DNA of 64,000 bases from Anaeromyxobacteraceae bacterium (lineage in GTDB: Bacteria > Myxococcota > Myxococcia > Myxococcales > Anaeromyxobacteraceae). The stretch lies in the NCBI GenBank assembly GCA_047602405.1, contig JASGHJ010000001.1, positions 2,240,001 to 2,304,000 of the forward strand. The letters are read 5' to 3'. A model generated the notes under the pieces. The model did not search any database. It was not told the origin of the DNA and saw only the letters and a list, made by a program, of their open reading frames with translations. Shown piece by piece: positions 31,026 through 40,887 of the stretch (positions within the stretch are counted from its first letter, which is position 1; the number at the start of each line of letters is the position of its first letter). Both the position numbers and the translations under genes were made by a program.

Positions 31026-31564
31026 GCGCGCCCGGGGAGCCCGGCGCCGCCGAGCCGTCGGCCGCGCCCGCCCGTCCGGAGCCCGCCCGCCCCGGACCGG
31101 TCGCCCGCACCGACCACACCTTCGAGTTCACCGCCCGTGCGCCGCTCCGGGCGGCGTTCCCGCTCTTCGGCGCCTGGGGCGAGCGCGCCTGGGCGGGCGA
31201 AGCCTGGGACCCGCGCTTCCTCTGGCCGGACCCGCCGCGCGACGAGGAGGGCGAGGTCTTCACGCTCTCGCACGGCGAGCGGGGCGTGGCCGTCTGGGTG
31301 AACACCGCCTTCGACCTCGCCGCCGGCCGCATCCAGTACGTCTACGTCCTGCCCGGCACGCAGGTGACCGTCATCGACCTCGCGCTCGCGGAGGCGCCGG
31401 ACGGGGCGAGCACCCGGATCCGGGTCCGGTACCGGCGCACCGCGCTCGAGGCCGGCGCGAACGCGATCGTCGAGGAGGCCGGCCGCAAGGACGCCGCCGC
31501 GGCGCAGGAGTGGGAGGGGGCCGTCGACGCGGCCCTGCGCCCCGGTCTTCCCTCGACCGCCTGA
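31022..31564 (+). CDS. SRPBCC-like hypothetical protein
   Basis: GTG overlaps the upstream stop; AFPLFGAWGERAWAG..WDP and a C-terminal helix ending WEGAVDAAL. Confidence 0.6.
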   Translation: MSAPGEPGAAEPSAAPARPEPARPGPVARTDHTFEFTARAPLRAAFPLFGAWGERAWAGEAWDPRFLWPDPPRDEEGEVFTLSHGERGVAVWVNTAFDLAAGRIQYVYVLPGTQVTVIDLALAEAPDGASTRIRVRYRRTALEAGANAIVEEAGRKDAAAAQEWEGAVDAALRPGLPSTA

Positions 31565-31615
31565 GGGCGATCGCGCCAGGAGCGCCAGGGCCGGACCGGG
31601 GTAGGCTCGGGGCCC

Positions 31616-32017
31616 ATGGCCGAGACCCCGCCGACCCTCTCCCTGCTGATCCTCGCCGTCGAGTCGCTCCCGCGGGCGCTCGCGTTCTACCGCGCGGCGT
31701 TCGGCTGGGAGCAGGTGGTCGACGCGCCGGTCTACGCCGAGTTCCGCCTGCCGGCCGGCCTGCGCCTCGGCCTCTACGACCGCCGCGCCTTCGCGGCCAA
31801 CACGGGGCGCGCCCCGGCCGCGACGCCCGCGGGCGAGCTCGCGCCGACCGAGCTGTACCTCTACCCGGAGGACCTCGCGGCGACGCTCGCCCGTGTCCAG
31901 GCGGCCGGGGCGCGCACCTTGACCCCGCTCGCGCGGCGCGACTGGGGCGACGAGGTCGCGTACCTCGCCGATCCCGACGGCAACGTGCTCGCGCTGGCGC
32001 GGCCCTCGCCGGCCTGA
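31616..32017 (+). CDS. VOC/glyoxalase family protein
   Basis: LAVESLPRALAFYRAAFG and RDWGDEVAYLADPDGN motifs. Confidence 0.88.
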   Translation: MAETPPTLSLLILAVESLPRALAFYRAAFGWEQVVDAPVYAEFRLPAGLRLGLYDRRAFAANTGRAPAATPAGELAPTELYLYPEDLAATLARVQAAGARTLTPLARRDWGDEVAYLADPDGNVLALARPSPA

Positions 32018-32161
32018 GGGCCGCGGCGCGCTCCCGGGTCGCCACGGCGCCCGCGGGACGCCGCCCCGACGACCGCCACCGCCCGGCCACGGACCTCGCG
32101 CCTTCGGGGCGGTCCGGCCGAGCGCATCGGCGAACCGCCCCGGCCGCCGGGAGGTCCCGGC

Positions 32162-32593
32162 CTACTCCGCGACGGCCTCGCCGGTCCCGCCGAGCTCGCG
32201 CGGAAAGTCCTTCAGCTTGGGAAGCCCGTCCCGCATGGGCATGACGGTCTCCTGGTAGTTGACGTGCACGCCCGGCGTGAATCGCACGCTGGGCAGCATC
32301 GCGGCGTAGACGTCCACGAGGCCCCACGCCGGGTGATCGGTGAGGAGGTGGCCGCCGCAGCGGGTGCACCAGCGGCGGTGGCTGCGGTCACTCTTCCGGA
32401 ACGTCGCGATCTGGTCGCCGCCCCGCACCACCTCGACCGCGCCCGGCTTCCACAGCGTGAACGCGTTCACCGGCGCGGCCGACCACTCCCGGCATGACGC
32501 GCAGTGGCAGTACCCCATCGCCTCGGGCGCTCCGGTCACCTCGATCTCGACGCCGCCGCAGAAGCAGCGGCCCCTGTGCTTCACCTGGTCCAT
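32162..32593 (-). CDS. GFA / CENP-V family Zn-binding protein
   Basis: GRCFCG, CHCASCR and WCTRCG motifs. Confidence 0.9.
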   Translation of the reverse strand: MDQVKHRGRCFCGGVEIEVTGAPEAMGYCHCASCREWSAAPVNAFTLWKPGAVEVVRGGDQIATFRKSDRSHRRWCTRCGGHLLTDHPAWGLVDVYAAMLPSVRFTPGVHVNYQETVMPMRDGLPKLKDFPRELGGTGEAVAE

Positions 32594-32712
32594 CGTTCTT
32601 CCCCTGTTCGGTTCCGGCGTGCCCCATCCCGGCCCCGTGCCGGGAGTGCAGCGCCACGGGCCTCGTTCTATGGATCCGGGCGGGAGGGCGGAATGGCCGG
32701 ACGTCGCGATCA

Positions 32713-32781
32713 CACGACCGGGAGTCCGGGGCGGCGCCGGCACGACCGCGCGTCCGGCGCGCACGACCGCGCGTCCGGCGG
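32713..32781. promoter_or_regulatory. Direct repeats in the divergent GFA/AraC promoter region
   Basis: CACGACCGGGAGTCCGGGGC, then CACGACCGCGCGTCCGGCG twice with a 21-bp period (32741, 32762). Confidence 0.5.
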
Positions 32782-32790
32782 AGGTGGGGG

Positions 32791-33762
32791 ATGAGCGGCG
32801 ACGCGGTGTCGGACGTGCTGCGCGCGGTGCGCCTGACCGGGGCCGTGTTCTTCAAGATCGAGGGCTCCGACCCCTGGGCGGCAGAGGCCCTGCCCTCGCA
32901 GGAGATCGGGCCGACGCTCCTGCCGGGCGCCGAGCACGTCATCGAGTACCACCTCGTCGTCTCCGGGGCGTGCTGGGGCGGGGTGGTGGGCGAGCCGCCG
33001 GTGCACCTCACCGCGGGCGACGTCATCGCCTTCCCGCGCGGCGACGCGCACGTGATCTCGAGCGCGCCCGGGATGCGCGCGCGCCCGGACTACTCGGCCT
33101 TCGCGGGCGCGAGGAGGTTCCCGGTCGCGGTGAGCTGCCAGGGCGGGGGGCCGGAGCGGGTGGAGCTCGTGTGCGGCTTCCTCGGCTGCGACGCGCGCCC
33201 CTTCAACCCCCTGCTCGCCACGCTGCCGCGCGTCCTGCACCTGCCGCGCGGCGCGAGCGGCGGGAGGGTGGAGCAGCTCATGCAGATCGCCCTCGCGGAG
33301 GCGGAGCACCCGGGCTCGGGCAGCGAGGCCGTGCTGGCGCGGATGAGCGAGCTCCTCTTCGTGGAGCTCGTGCGGCGGTACCTCGCGACCTTGCCGGGCG
33401 AGGCGGTGGGGTGGTTCGCCGCGCTGCGGGACGAGGGCGTCGGGCGCGCGCTGGCGGCGCTGCACCACCGTCCGGCCCAGGCCTGGGATCTCGACGGCCT
33501 CGCCCGGGAGGTCGGCGTCTCCCGCTCGGTGCTCGCGGAGCGGTTCGTCGGGCTCCTCGGCATCCCGCCGATGCAGTACCTCGCCCGCTGGCGGATGCAG
33601 CTCGCGGCCAACCTGCTCGGCTCGACGTCCATGGGGCTCGCGGAGATCGCCGATCGCGTCGGCTACGGCTCCGAGGCGGCGCTGTCGCGCGCGTACAAGC
33701 GGCTCGTGGGGGTCGCCCCCGCCGACTGGCGCCGCGGGAAGCGGCCGTCGCTCACACCGTGA
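32791..33762 (+). CDS. AraC family transcriptional regulator (cupin_6 type)
   Basis: DAVSDVLRAVRLTG N-terminus, LVCGFLGCD, PMQYLARWRMQLA, VGYGSEAALSRAYKR HTH. Confidence 0.92.
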   Translation: MSGDAVSDVLRAVRLTGAVFFKIEGSDPWAAEALPSQEIGPTLLPGAEHVIEYHLVVSGACWGGVVGEPPVHLTAGDVIAFPRGDAHVISSAPGMRARPDYSAFAGARRFPVAVSCQGGGPERVELVCGFLGCDARPFNPLLATLPRVLHLPRGASGGRVEQLMQIALAEAEHPGSGSEAVLARMSELLFVELVRRYLATLPGEAVGWFAALRDEGVGRALAALHHRPAQAWDLDGLAREVGVSRSVLAERFVGLLGIPPMQYLARWRMQLAANLLGSTSMGLAEIADRVGYGSEAALSRAYKRLVGVAPADWRRGKRPSLTP

Positions 33763-34722
33763 CGATCACCTTCCCGGCGACGTGCCCGGCCTCGACGAGC
33801 CGGATGGCCTCCGCCGCCTCGGCGAGCGGGAAGCGCCGGTCGATGACGGCGCGCAGCTTCCCGGCCTCGAAGAGCTCCGCGAGGAGCACGAGGTCCGCGA
33901 GCACCGGCTTCGAGGAGACGACGCGCAGCTTCCTCGCCCCGAGCGAGAGGAGCGGCCCGAGCAGCAGCGCCTGGAACAGCTGGCGGCCGCCGCCGCCGAC
34001 CATCGCGTACCGGCCCCGCGGTGCGAGTGCGCGCCGGTAGTCGAGGATGGAGCGGTCGCCGTTCACGCCCAGGATGAGGTCGTACCGGCCTCCGCCGGCG
34101 AGCGCGTCCTCGCGCGTGTAGTCCACGACGTGGTGCGCGCCGAGCGAGCGCGCGAGCTCCACCTTCCCGGTGCTGCACACCGCCGTCACCTCGGCCCCGA
34201 GGTGCCGGGCGAGCTGCACCGCGAAGGTCCCGACGCCGCCGGACGCGCCGGCGACGAGCACGCGCTCGCCCGGGCGGACCTGGCCGACGTCGCGCACCGC
34301 GTGGAGCGCGGTCATCCCGGCGAGCGGGATCGCCGCGGCCTCCTCGAACGACGCGCTCGAGGGCTTCAGGGCGAGCTCGCCCTCGCGGGCGCGCTTGTAC
34401 TCCGCGAGGCCGCCGAAGTCGGAGCCGAAGCAGTCCCCGAAGACCGCGTCGCCGGCCTTCAGCCGCTTCACCTCGGGGCCCACCGCCTCCACGACGCCGG
34501 CCACGTCGGCGCCCGGGCAGGTCACCCGCACCGGCCTGCGCAGCCCGGAGTAGGTCCGCACGAGGAACGGCCGCGCGGTCACCATGCGCCAGTCGGCGGC
34601 ATTGATCGACACGGCGCGCACCGCGACGAGCACCTCGTCGCCGCGCGGGACCGGCTTCGGGACCTCGGCGAGCCGCAGGACCGTGAGGGGCGCGCCGTAC
34701 GCTCGAAGGTGATCGCCTTCAT
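33752..34722 (-). CDS. NAD(P)-dependent MDR-family oxidoreductase, frameshift near 34700
   Basis: MKAITFE then, after a 1-base loss, YGAPLTVLRLAEVPKP; PGADVAGVV, GASGGVGTFAVQLA, GHVAGKVIV motifs. Confidence 0.88.
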
Positions 34723-34755
34723 GCGCGGGACTCTACGTCCGTCCAGGCCGGGGCT

Positions 34756-36270
34756 TCACCCCTTCATGGAGCCCGTGCGGAGGAACCGCAGGTGCCAGGA
34801 GAACGCCTCCTCGAGGAGGTGGGGCGTGTGCTTCCCCGGGGAGTGGTCGAGCGCGCGGCGGTAGTAGTCCTTCAGCGCGGGGCGGTAGTCGGGGTGCACG
34901 CACGCCTCGATGATCCTCACGGCGCGCTGCTTCGGCGACGTGCCGCGGAGGTCGGCGAGGCCCTGCTCGGTCACCACAACGTCCACGTCGTGCTCGCAGT
35001 GATCGACGTGGCTGACCATCGGCACGACGCAGGAGATCTCGCCGTTCCGGCCGGCGACGGAGGGCGTCGTGAAGATGGACAGGTACGAGTTCCGCGCGAA
35101 GTCGCCCGAGCCGCCGATGCCGTTGATGATGCGCGAGCCGTTCACGTGGGTGGAGTTCACGTTGCCGTAGAGGTCGAATTCCACGCAGCCGTTCATGGCG
35201 ATGACGCCGAGGCGCTTGATGACCGCCACGTTGTTCGAGACCGACTGCGGGCGGAGGATGATCTTCTCCCGGTAGCGCGCGACGTCCCGCGTGAAGCGCT
35301 CGGCCACCTCCGGCGAGACCGACAGCGCCGTCGCCGAGGCCATGTCGAGCTTGCCGGCGTCGATGAGCGCGAGCATGACGTCCTGGATCACCTCGGTGTA
35401 CGCGGTGAGCCCCGCGTAGTCGGAGTCGAGGAGCCCGTAGAGCACCGCGTTCGCGACGTTGCCGACCCCGGACTGGAGCGGGAGCAGGTTCCTCGGCAGC
35501 CGGCCCTGCTTCACCTCGTGCGCGAAGAAGTCGAGGATGAAGCGGGAGATCGCCTTCGAGGCCGCGTCCGGCTCCTTGAAGGAGTTCGTGCGGTCGGGGT
35601 GGTTCGTCTCGACGATCGCGCGGATCTTGCCCGGCGGGCAGGTGAGGTACGGGGTCCCGACGCGGTCGCCGGGCTTCCTGATCGGGATGGGCTCGGTGAG
35701 CGGCGGCGCGAGCGGCTCGAAGACGTCGTGCATGCCCTCGAGCGCGAGCGGCTGGTGGTGGTTGACCTCGAGCACCACCTCGCGCGCGCAGTCGATGAAG
35801 ACCTGGTTGTTGCCGACGGAGGTGGAGGGGATGAGCTTCCCGTCCTCGGTGATGCCCGCCACCTCGACGATGGCGAGATCGAGCTCGCCGAAGAAGCCGG
35901 AGCGGACGTACTGCGCCACCGAGCCGAGGTGGAAGTCGAAGTACTCCATTTTCCCGAAGTTGATCTTCTCCCGGGCGATGGGGTCGGAGTTGTAGGGCAT
36001 CCGGAGCTCGATGCCGTCCACCATCGCGAGCGCGCCGTCGAGCTCGGACGACGTCGAGGCGCCGGTCATCACCGAGATGCGGAACTTCCCGCCGCGCGAG
36101 TGCTCGCGGAGGATGTGCTCGGCGAGCGCCTGCGGCACGAGCTTCGGGTACCCGGAGCCGGTGAAGCCGCTCATGCCGACGCGGTAACCGCTCTTCACGA
36201 GCGCGGCGGCCTCCGGGGCGAAGACCACCTTCTTCCTGAGCTCGGCGTTCCGGATGCGGATCTCGTCCAT
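34756..36270 (-). CDS. Succinyl-CoA:acetate CoA-transferase / acetyl-CoA hydrolase family protein
   Basis: GMSGFTGSGYPK, TGAST, TSVGNN, LQSGVGNVANAV, YTEVIQD, GNVNSTH, NGIGGSGDFARN, TEQGLADLRG motifs. Confidence 0.93.
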   Translation of the reverse strand: MDEIRIRNAELRKKVVFAPEAAALVKSGYRVGMSGFTGSGYPKLVPQALAEHILREHSRGGKFRISVMTGASTSSELDGALAMVDGIELRMPYNSDPIAREKINFGKMEYFDFHLGSVAQYVRSGFFGELDLAIVEVAGITEDGKLIPSTSVGNNQVFIDCAREVVLEVNHHQPLALEGMHDVFEPLAPPLTEPIPIRKPGDRVGTPYLTCPPGKIRAIVETNHPDRTNSFKEPDAASKAISRFILDFFAHEVKQGRLPRNLLPLQSGVGNVANAVLYGLLDSDYAGLTAYTEVIQDVMLALIDAGKLDMASATALSVSPEVAERFTRDVARYREKIILRPQSVSNNVAVIKRLGVIAMNGCVEFDLYGNVNSTHVNGSRIINGIGGSGDFARNSYLSIFTTPSVAGRNGEISCVVPMVSHVDHCEHDVDVVVTEQGLADLRGTSPKQRAVRIIEACVHPDYRPALKDYYRRALDHSPGKHTPHLLEEAFSWHLRFLRTGSMKG

Positions 36271-36464
36271 GGGTGCCTGGGGCCTCGGCGGTGAGGGGGA
36301 GCGCGTGAGCAGAGCACGGGGCCGCGCCGCCCTCGCAGCGGTGGGGTGTCGCAGACCCGGTGTCCGTGGTGCGGTGCGTCGCGCGCGGACGCTCCGTCCG
36401 GATCGACCCGGCGTTTACCGCGGTCAAGGAGGCCGCACGTGGACGCACCTACGCTGCGTCCCGC

Positions 36465-37694
36465 ATGCCCTCCGTCCTCGCCTCGCTCGCCGCGGGCCTC
36501 GCGCTCGCCGCCGCCGCCCCGCCCTCCGTGGTCGTGCTGGACGTCGAGGCGCCGCCCGGCGAACGGCTCGACGCCGCGGTGCTGGGCGCGGCGTTCGCGG
36601 CCGGGCTCGAGGACCGGGACGCGTGGAGGCTCCAGACCCTCCACGACGTGCGGGCGATGCTCTCGGTGGAGCGCGACCGGCAGGCGCTCGGGACCTGCCA
36701 GGGCGAGGGTTGCCTCGCGGCGCTCGGCGCCTCCCTCGACGCGCCGCTCGTCGCGGTGCTCTCCCTCGCGGCGCAGGACGATCGGCTCACGGCGAGCGCG
36801 CGGGTGCTCTCGCGCGAGACGGGCAGCGCCGTCGCGCACGCGGCCGTCGCGGGCGACCGCGCGCAGGCCGCGGGGCTGGCCCGCCGCGCGGGAGAGGCGC
36901 TGCGCGCGGCGTGGCGGTCGGCGCGGGGGCTCGGCGCCGCCGCGGCCGCGCCGGCGTGCCCGGACGTGGGCGCGTGCGACCGCGGCTGCCGCGCGGGCGA
37001 GGCCGCCGGCTGCGCCCGCCTCGGCGACCTCCTCGGCGCGGGGCTGCCCAGCGATCGCCCCAAGGCCGGGGCGGCGTGGAGCCGCGCGTGCAACCTCGGC
37101 GCGCTCGAGGCCTGCGAGCGGGGCGCGCGGGCCCTCGACGACGCGGGGTTCCACGAGGCGTCGGTGCCCGCCTTCCGGCGCGCGTGCCTCGACGGCGCGA
37201 GCCAGGCCGCGTGCCGCCGCGGGTGGGAGCTCCTCGAGCGCGGCGAGCCCGGCGGGCGCGACGCGCCGGCGGTGCCGCTCCTCGAGCGGGGCTGCGCCGG
37301 GAGCGACCGCGAGGCCTGCGCACGCCTCGCGGCCCACCGCTGGGACGGCGCGCCGAGGCTCGGGCCCGCCGCCCTCGAGCCGCTCGTCCGCGCGTGCACC
37401 CTCGAGCCGGTGGCCGGCTGCCCCGGCGCGGCGGCCACGTTCGCGAGGGTCGGGTGCGCCGGCGCCTCGGCCGGCGCGTGCCTCGCGGCCGGGCTCGAGC
37501 TCGCCCGCCGGCGCGAGACCGCCGGGCTCGGCGAGAGCCTCGCCGCCGCCGCCTGCCCCGGCGCGGCCGCGGACTGCCACCGGAGCGCGGGCGCGCTCCT
37601 CGGCGGGGACGATCGCGCCCGGCGCACGGGCGCCTGGCTCGACGCGATCGCCTGCCGGGCAGGCGCGGCCGAGGCCTGCCCCGCCGCCGACTGA
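36465..37694 (+). CDS. Secreted Cys-rich Sel1-like repeat protein
   Basis: Signal peptide, N-domain with C..EGCLAALGASL, repeated RAC..G..xAC helical units. Confidence 0.7.
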   Translation: MPSVLASLAAGLALAAAAPPSVVVLDVEAPPGERLDAAVLGAAFAAGLEDRDAWRLQTLHDVRAMLSVERDRQALGTCQGEGCLAALGASLDAPLVAVLSLAAQDDRLTASARVLSRETGSAVAHAAVAGDRAQAAGLARRAGEALRAAWRSARGLGAAAAAPACPDVGACDRGCRAGEAAGCARLGDLLGAGLPSDRPKAGAAWSRACNLGALEACERGARALDDAGFHEASVPAFRRACLDGASQAACRRGWELLERGEPGGRDAPAVPLLERGCAGSDREACARLAAHRWDGAPRLGPAALEPLVRACTLEPVAGCPGAAATFARVGCAGASAGACLAAGLELARRRETAGLGESLAAAACPGAAADCHRSAGALLGGDDRARRTGAWLDAIACRAGAAEACPAAD

Positions 37695-37706
37695 GAGGAC
37701 CCCGCC

Positions 37707-39821
37707 ATGACCGCCGCCGCGCTCGCCGTCGCGCTCCTCGTCTCCGCGCAGCCGCGCCCGCCGCCCGCCGTGGCGGTGCTCGACATCCAGCTCGGCCAGG
37801 GCATCACCGGCATCGACCGCGCGGCGCTCACCGACGTGGCGGTCTCGGCCCTCACGGATCGCGAGGCGTGGCGCCTCGTGACCCTCCGTGACGTCGGTAC
37901 GCTGCTCTCGTTCGAGAAGAAGCGCGAGCTCCTCGGATGCACGGAGGGTGAGTGCCTCGCCGAGCTCGCGGGCGCGCTCGGCACCGAGGCCGCGGTCGTC
38001 ACGAACGTGGGCCGGGCCGGCGCCTCCGCCATCGTGACCGGCCGCATCGTGAAGAGCTCCACGGGCGAGCTCCTCGGCCAGGCGGCCGTCGAGGTCGAGG
38101 GCATGGATCTCACCGGCGCGGTCCGGAAGCTCGGTCGGCGCCTCCTCGCCGCGTGGCGCTCGGTGCGGGGCATGGCGCCGCCGCGGGAGCTCGCCGCCGA
38201 CTGCGCCACCGCGGCCGCCTGCAAGGCGGCGTGCGACGAGGGCAGCGCGGAGGCCTGCGCCCGGCTCGCCGCGCTGTCGGTCCAGGCCGCCCCGGACCCG
38301 GCCCAGCTCGCCGCCACCTTCGCCCAGGCCTGCGAGCGCGGGACGCCCGGCGCCTGCGCGGAGGCGGGCGACCGGTTCCTCGCGCTCGGGCAGCTCGGGC
38401 GGGGCGTGGGCCTGCTCGAGCAGGCCTGCCTCTCGCTCGAGACGGAGGCACCGGCCGCGTGCGCGCGGGCCGCGAAGGCGCTCCTCGACGCCGCGCCGCC
38501 GGCCCGTGACGCGCGGCGCGCCGGGGCGATGCTCCGGGTGGCCTGCGACGGCGGGCTCGCCGACGCGTGCCTCTCGGAGGCGCGCCTCCTCGCCGCCGCG
38601 CCCGCGACCGCGACCACGGACGCCCAGGTGCGGACCACGCTGGCGAGCGCCTGCGACCAGGGCCGCGCCGCCGGGTGCTCCGAGCTCGCCCGCTTCGCGG
38701 AGGCGGGCCGGGGTGGGGCGAAGGATCCGGCGCTCGCGGCCAGCCTCCGCGCGAAGGCGTGCCACCTCGGCGAGGAGGACGTCTGCCTCGCCTCGGCGCG
38801 GGACCGGCTCACCGCGGGCGACGAGGCGGGCGCGGTCCCGCTCCTCGAGCGGCTCTGCGGCGCCCGGCGCGCCGACTCGGGCGCGGCTTGCGGGGAGCGC
38901 GCTCGCGTGGCGCAGCGGCGCTCCGGCAGGCTCTCCGCGGTGCACGTACGCTGGGCGAAGGCGGCGTGCGAGGCGGGCGGTGCCGCGGAAGCGTGCGCGG
39001 TCGCGGTCGAGGGGGCGTCGCGCGAGGGGCTCCCGGATCCCGGCGCCGCTGCGCGGTGGTTGCGACGCGCCTGCCCGGACGCCGGCGACGCCTGCGGGGC
39101 GGCGGCGAAGGCGGCGGTCGCGGCCGTCCCGCAGGGCACCGGGAAGGGCGGGGAGGTGCTCGCGGCTGCATGCGACGCGGGCCACGGCCCCGCCTGCCTG
39201 CGCCTCTCCCGCGCGGCCGCCTCGGAGGGGCGCGGCGCCGAGGCCGCCATCCTGCGCGAGAGGGCCTGCGAGACGGCCACGCTCGAGGTCGACTGCGAAC
39301 GCCACGGCCTGAGCCTCGGGCTCTCCGCGGAGTTCATGGCGGCAGACGCGCAGATCGTCCCCTCGGTCGCGGGCGCCGCGAAGAACGGCCAGGCCGGCGG
39401 CGCGCTCACGCTCATCGCCCGCGGCGCCCTCCTGGAGGCGGGCCTCGCCGGCACCGTCCGGAGCGGCGGCGCCTACGACTTCGGCGCCATGGCCGGCCTC
39501 GGCTTCGACGCCGCGAACGGTCGGCTCCGGCTCGAGGCGCTGTTCGAGTTCGGCGTCGTGAACGCGGGAGGCTTCGTCGACACGGACAAGCTGCAGTCCG
39601 GCCTGCCCTCGGCGACGGGCCTTCGCTTCTACCGTGCGCTGCGCGCGGGCGCGTCCTTCGGGAGCGGCGCCGTCCGGTGGGGAGTGTGGCTCGCCCTCCG
39701 GGCAGCACCCCGCAAGTTCGCGGTCCTCTCGACGGCGTCGCCGGTGACGGGCGTGCAGACGTGGGAGGTGACGGCCGGGGAGTACGCCACCGCCGGACTG
39801 CGGTTCGAGTACCTCTTCTAA
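37707..39821 (+). CDS. Secreted Cys-rich Sel1-like repeat protein with a C-terminal beta-barrel-like domain
   Basis: Paralogous N-domain (GCTEGECLAELAGALG), many AC..G...AC repeats, amphipathic strands ending LRFEYLF. Confidence 0.72.
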   Translation: MTAAALAVALLVSAQPRPPPAVAVLDIQLGQGITGIDRAALTDVAVSALTDREAWRLVTLRDVGTLLSFEKKRELLGCTEGECLAELAGALGTEAAVVTNVGRAGASAIVTGRIVKSSTGELLGQAAVEVEGMDLTGAVRKLGRRLLAAWRSVRGMAPPRELAADCATAAACKAACDEGSAEACARLAALSVQAAPDPAQLAATFAQACERGTPGACAEAGDRFLALGQLGRGVGLLEQACLSLETEAPAACARAAKALLDAAPPARDARRAGAMLRVACDGGLADACLSEARLLAAAPATATTDAQVRTTLASACDQGRAAGCSELARFAEAGRGGAKDPALAASLRAKACHLGEEDVCLASARDRLTAGDEAGAVPLLERLCGARRADSGAACGERARVAQRRSGRLSAVHVRWAKAACEAGGAAEACAVAVEGASREGLPDPGAAARWLRRACPDAGDACGAAAKAAVAAVPQGTGKGGEVLAAACDAGHGPACLRLSRAAASEGRGAEAAILRERACETATLEVDCERHGLSLGLSAEFMAADAQIVPSVAGAAKNGQAGGALTLIARGALLEAGLAGTVRSGGAYDFGAMAGLGFDAANGRLRLEALFEFGVVNAGGFVDTDKLQSGLPSATGLRFYRALRAGASFGSGAVRWGVWLALRAAPRKFAVLSTASPVTGVQTWEVTAGEYATAGLRFEYLF

Positions 39822-40297
39822 CCCGGCGACGCGCCACCCGGGACGCCCACGCCCTCGACGCGGGTCGCCACGAACGTCCCCTCGTGCCGCCCTCCCTCGC
39901 CGGACCCGCAGGCCACCACCGAGAGCACCCTCACCCGCGCCGCCCGGTGCCGGCCGAGCGTCTCGAGGAAGCGCTCCCACGCGCCCGGCGCCGGGGCGGT
40001 CGCGGTGGCGGTGAAGTCGCCGTCCACCGGCGCGTCGTAGTCGAACGTGCTCCGCTGGATCACGAGGCGCGCGGCGATGCCGGCCTCGCGCAGGCGCAGG
40101 TGGAGGAGGAGCCAGCCGGAGAGGATCGCGACCGCCGAGAGGCTGCCGCCGAAGCCGGTGCCGCGGTGGTTCACGTTCGGCGCGAGGGGCGCGGCGAGGC
40201 GCAGCGTGGTGCCGTCCCAGTGGACCGCCCGGGCGGCGAGCGTCCGGGTGAGGGGGATGCGCTCGTGCACGAACGCCGAGATCTCGTCGAGGGTCAT
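39818..40297 (-). CDS. YiiD C-terminal hot-dog domain protein (thioesterase / malonyl-ACP decarboxylase-like)
   Basis: HERIPLT, APLAPNVNHRGTGFGGSL..LSGW, LVIQ...YDAPVDGDF motifs. Confidence 0.85.
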   Translation of the reverse strand: MTLDEISAFVHERIPLTRTLAARAVHWDGTTLRLAAPLAPNVNHRGTGFGGSLSAVAILSGWLLLHLRLREAGIAARLVIQRSTFDYDAPVDGDFTATATAPAPGAWERFLETLGRHRAARVRVLSVVACGSGEGGRHEGTFVATRVEGVGVPGGASPG

Positions 40298-40389
40298 CGG
40301 GTCCCCGGTGTAGCCGGTCCGCGGGGGTCACTGCCGGTTCCTGGCGGGGCGTCGCGGCCTGACCCGGGAGTCAGCGCAAAGGCGGTCCG

Positions 40390-40887
40390 CTACACGGCGC
40401 GCGCCATCACCGCGTGCACCGGGCGCGTCATCCGCAGCGCGTCCCAGCGCTCGCCGTTCGCGCGCGGATAGGCGCGGAGCAGGCGCTCGCGCTCGACGAA
40501 GCCGAAGCGGCGGTACAGGCGGACCGCCCGCGTGTTCGCCGGGAACACGTGCAGGACGATCTCGCGGGCGCCGGCTTCGTCGGCCCAGGCGACGCTCGCG
40601 CGGAGCAGCGCGGCGCCGACCCCGCGGCCGCGCGCCTCCTCGGCGACCAGCATGCCGAGCTCGGGGCGCTCCACCCCGACCATCGCCGAGAGGCCGATCG
40701 GCCGGCCGCCCTCGCGCGCGACGAGGATGGTGCCGGTCTGCGTGGCGAGGAGCGCCCGCCAGCGGGCCCGCACCTCGCGCCGGTCGACGGGCGGCTCCGT
40801 CGCGAGCCACACGCGCTCGTCGACCACGGCCTCGAAGAGATCGAGGCAGGCCTCCATGTCACACGGCGAGAGGGTCACGACCTCCAC
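40390..40887 (-). CDS. GNAT family N-acetyltransferase
   Basis: LGMLVAEEARGRGVGAALL and HVFPANTRAVRLYRRFGF motifs; start uncertain. Confidence 0.88.
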   Translation of the reverse strand: MEVVTLSPCDMEACLDLFEAVVDERVWLATEPPVDRREVRARWRALLATQTGTILVAREGGRPIGLSAMVGVERPELGMLVAEEARGRGVGAALLRASVAWADEAGAREIVLHVFPANTRAVRLYRRFGFVERERLLRAYPRANGERWDALRMTRPVHAVMARAV

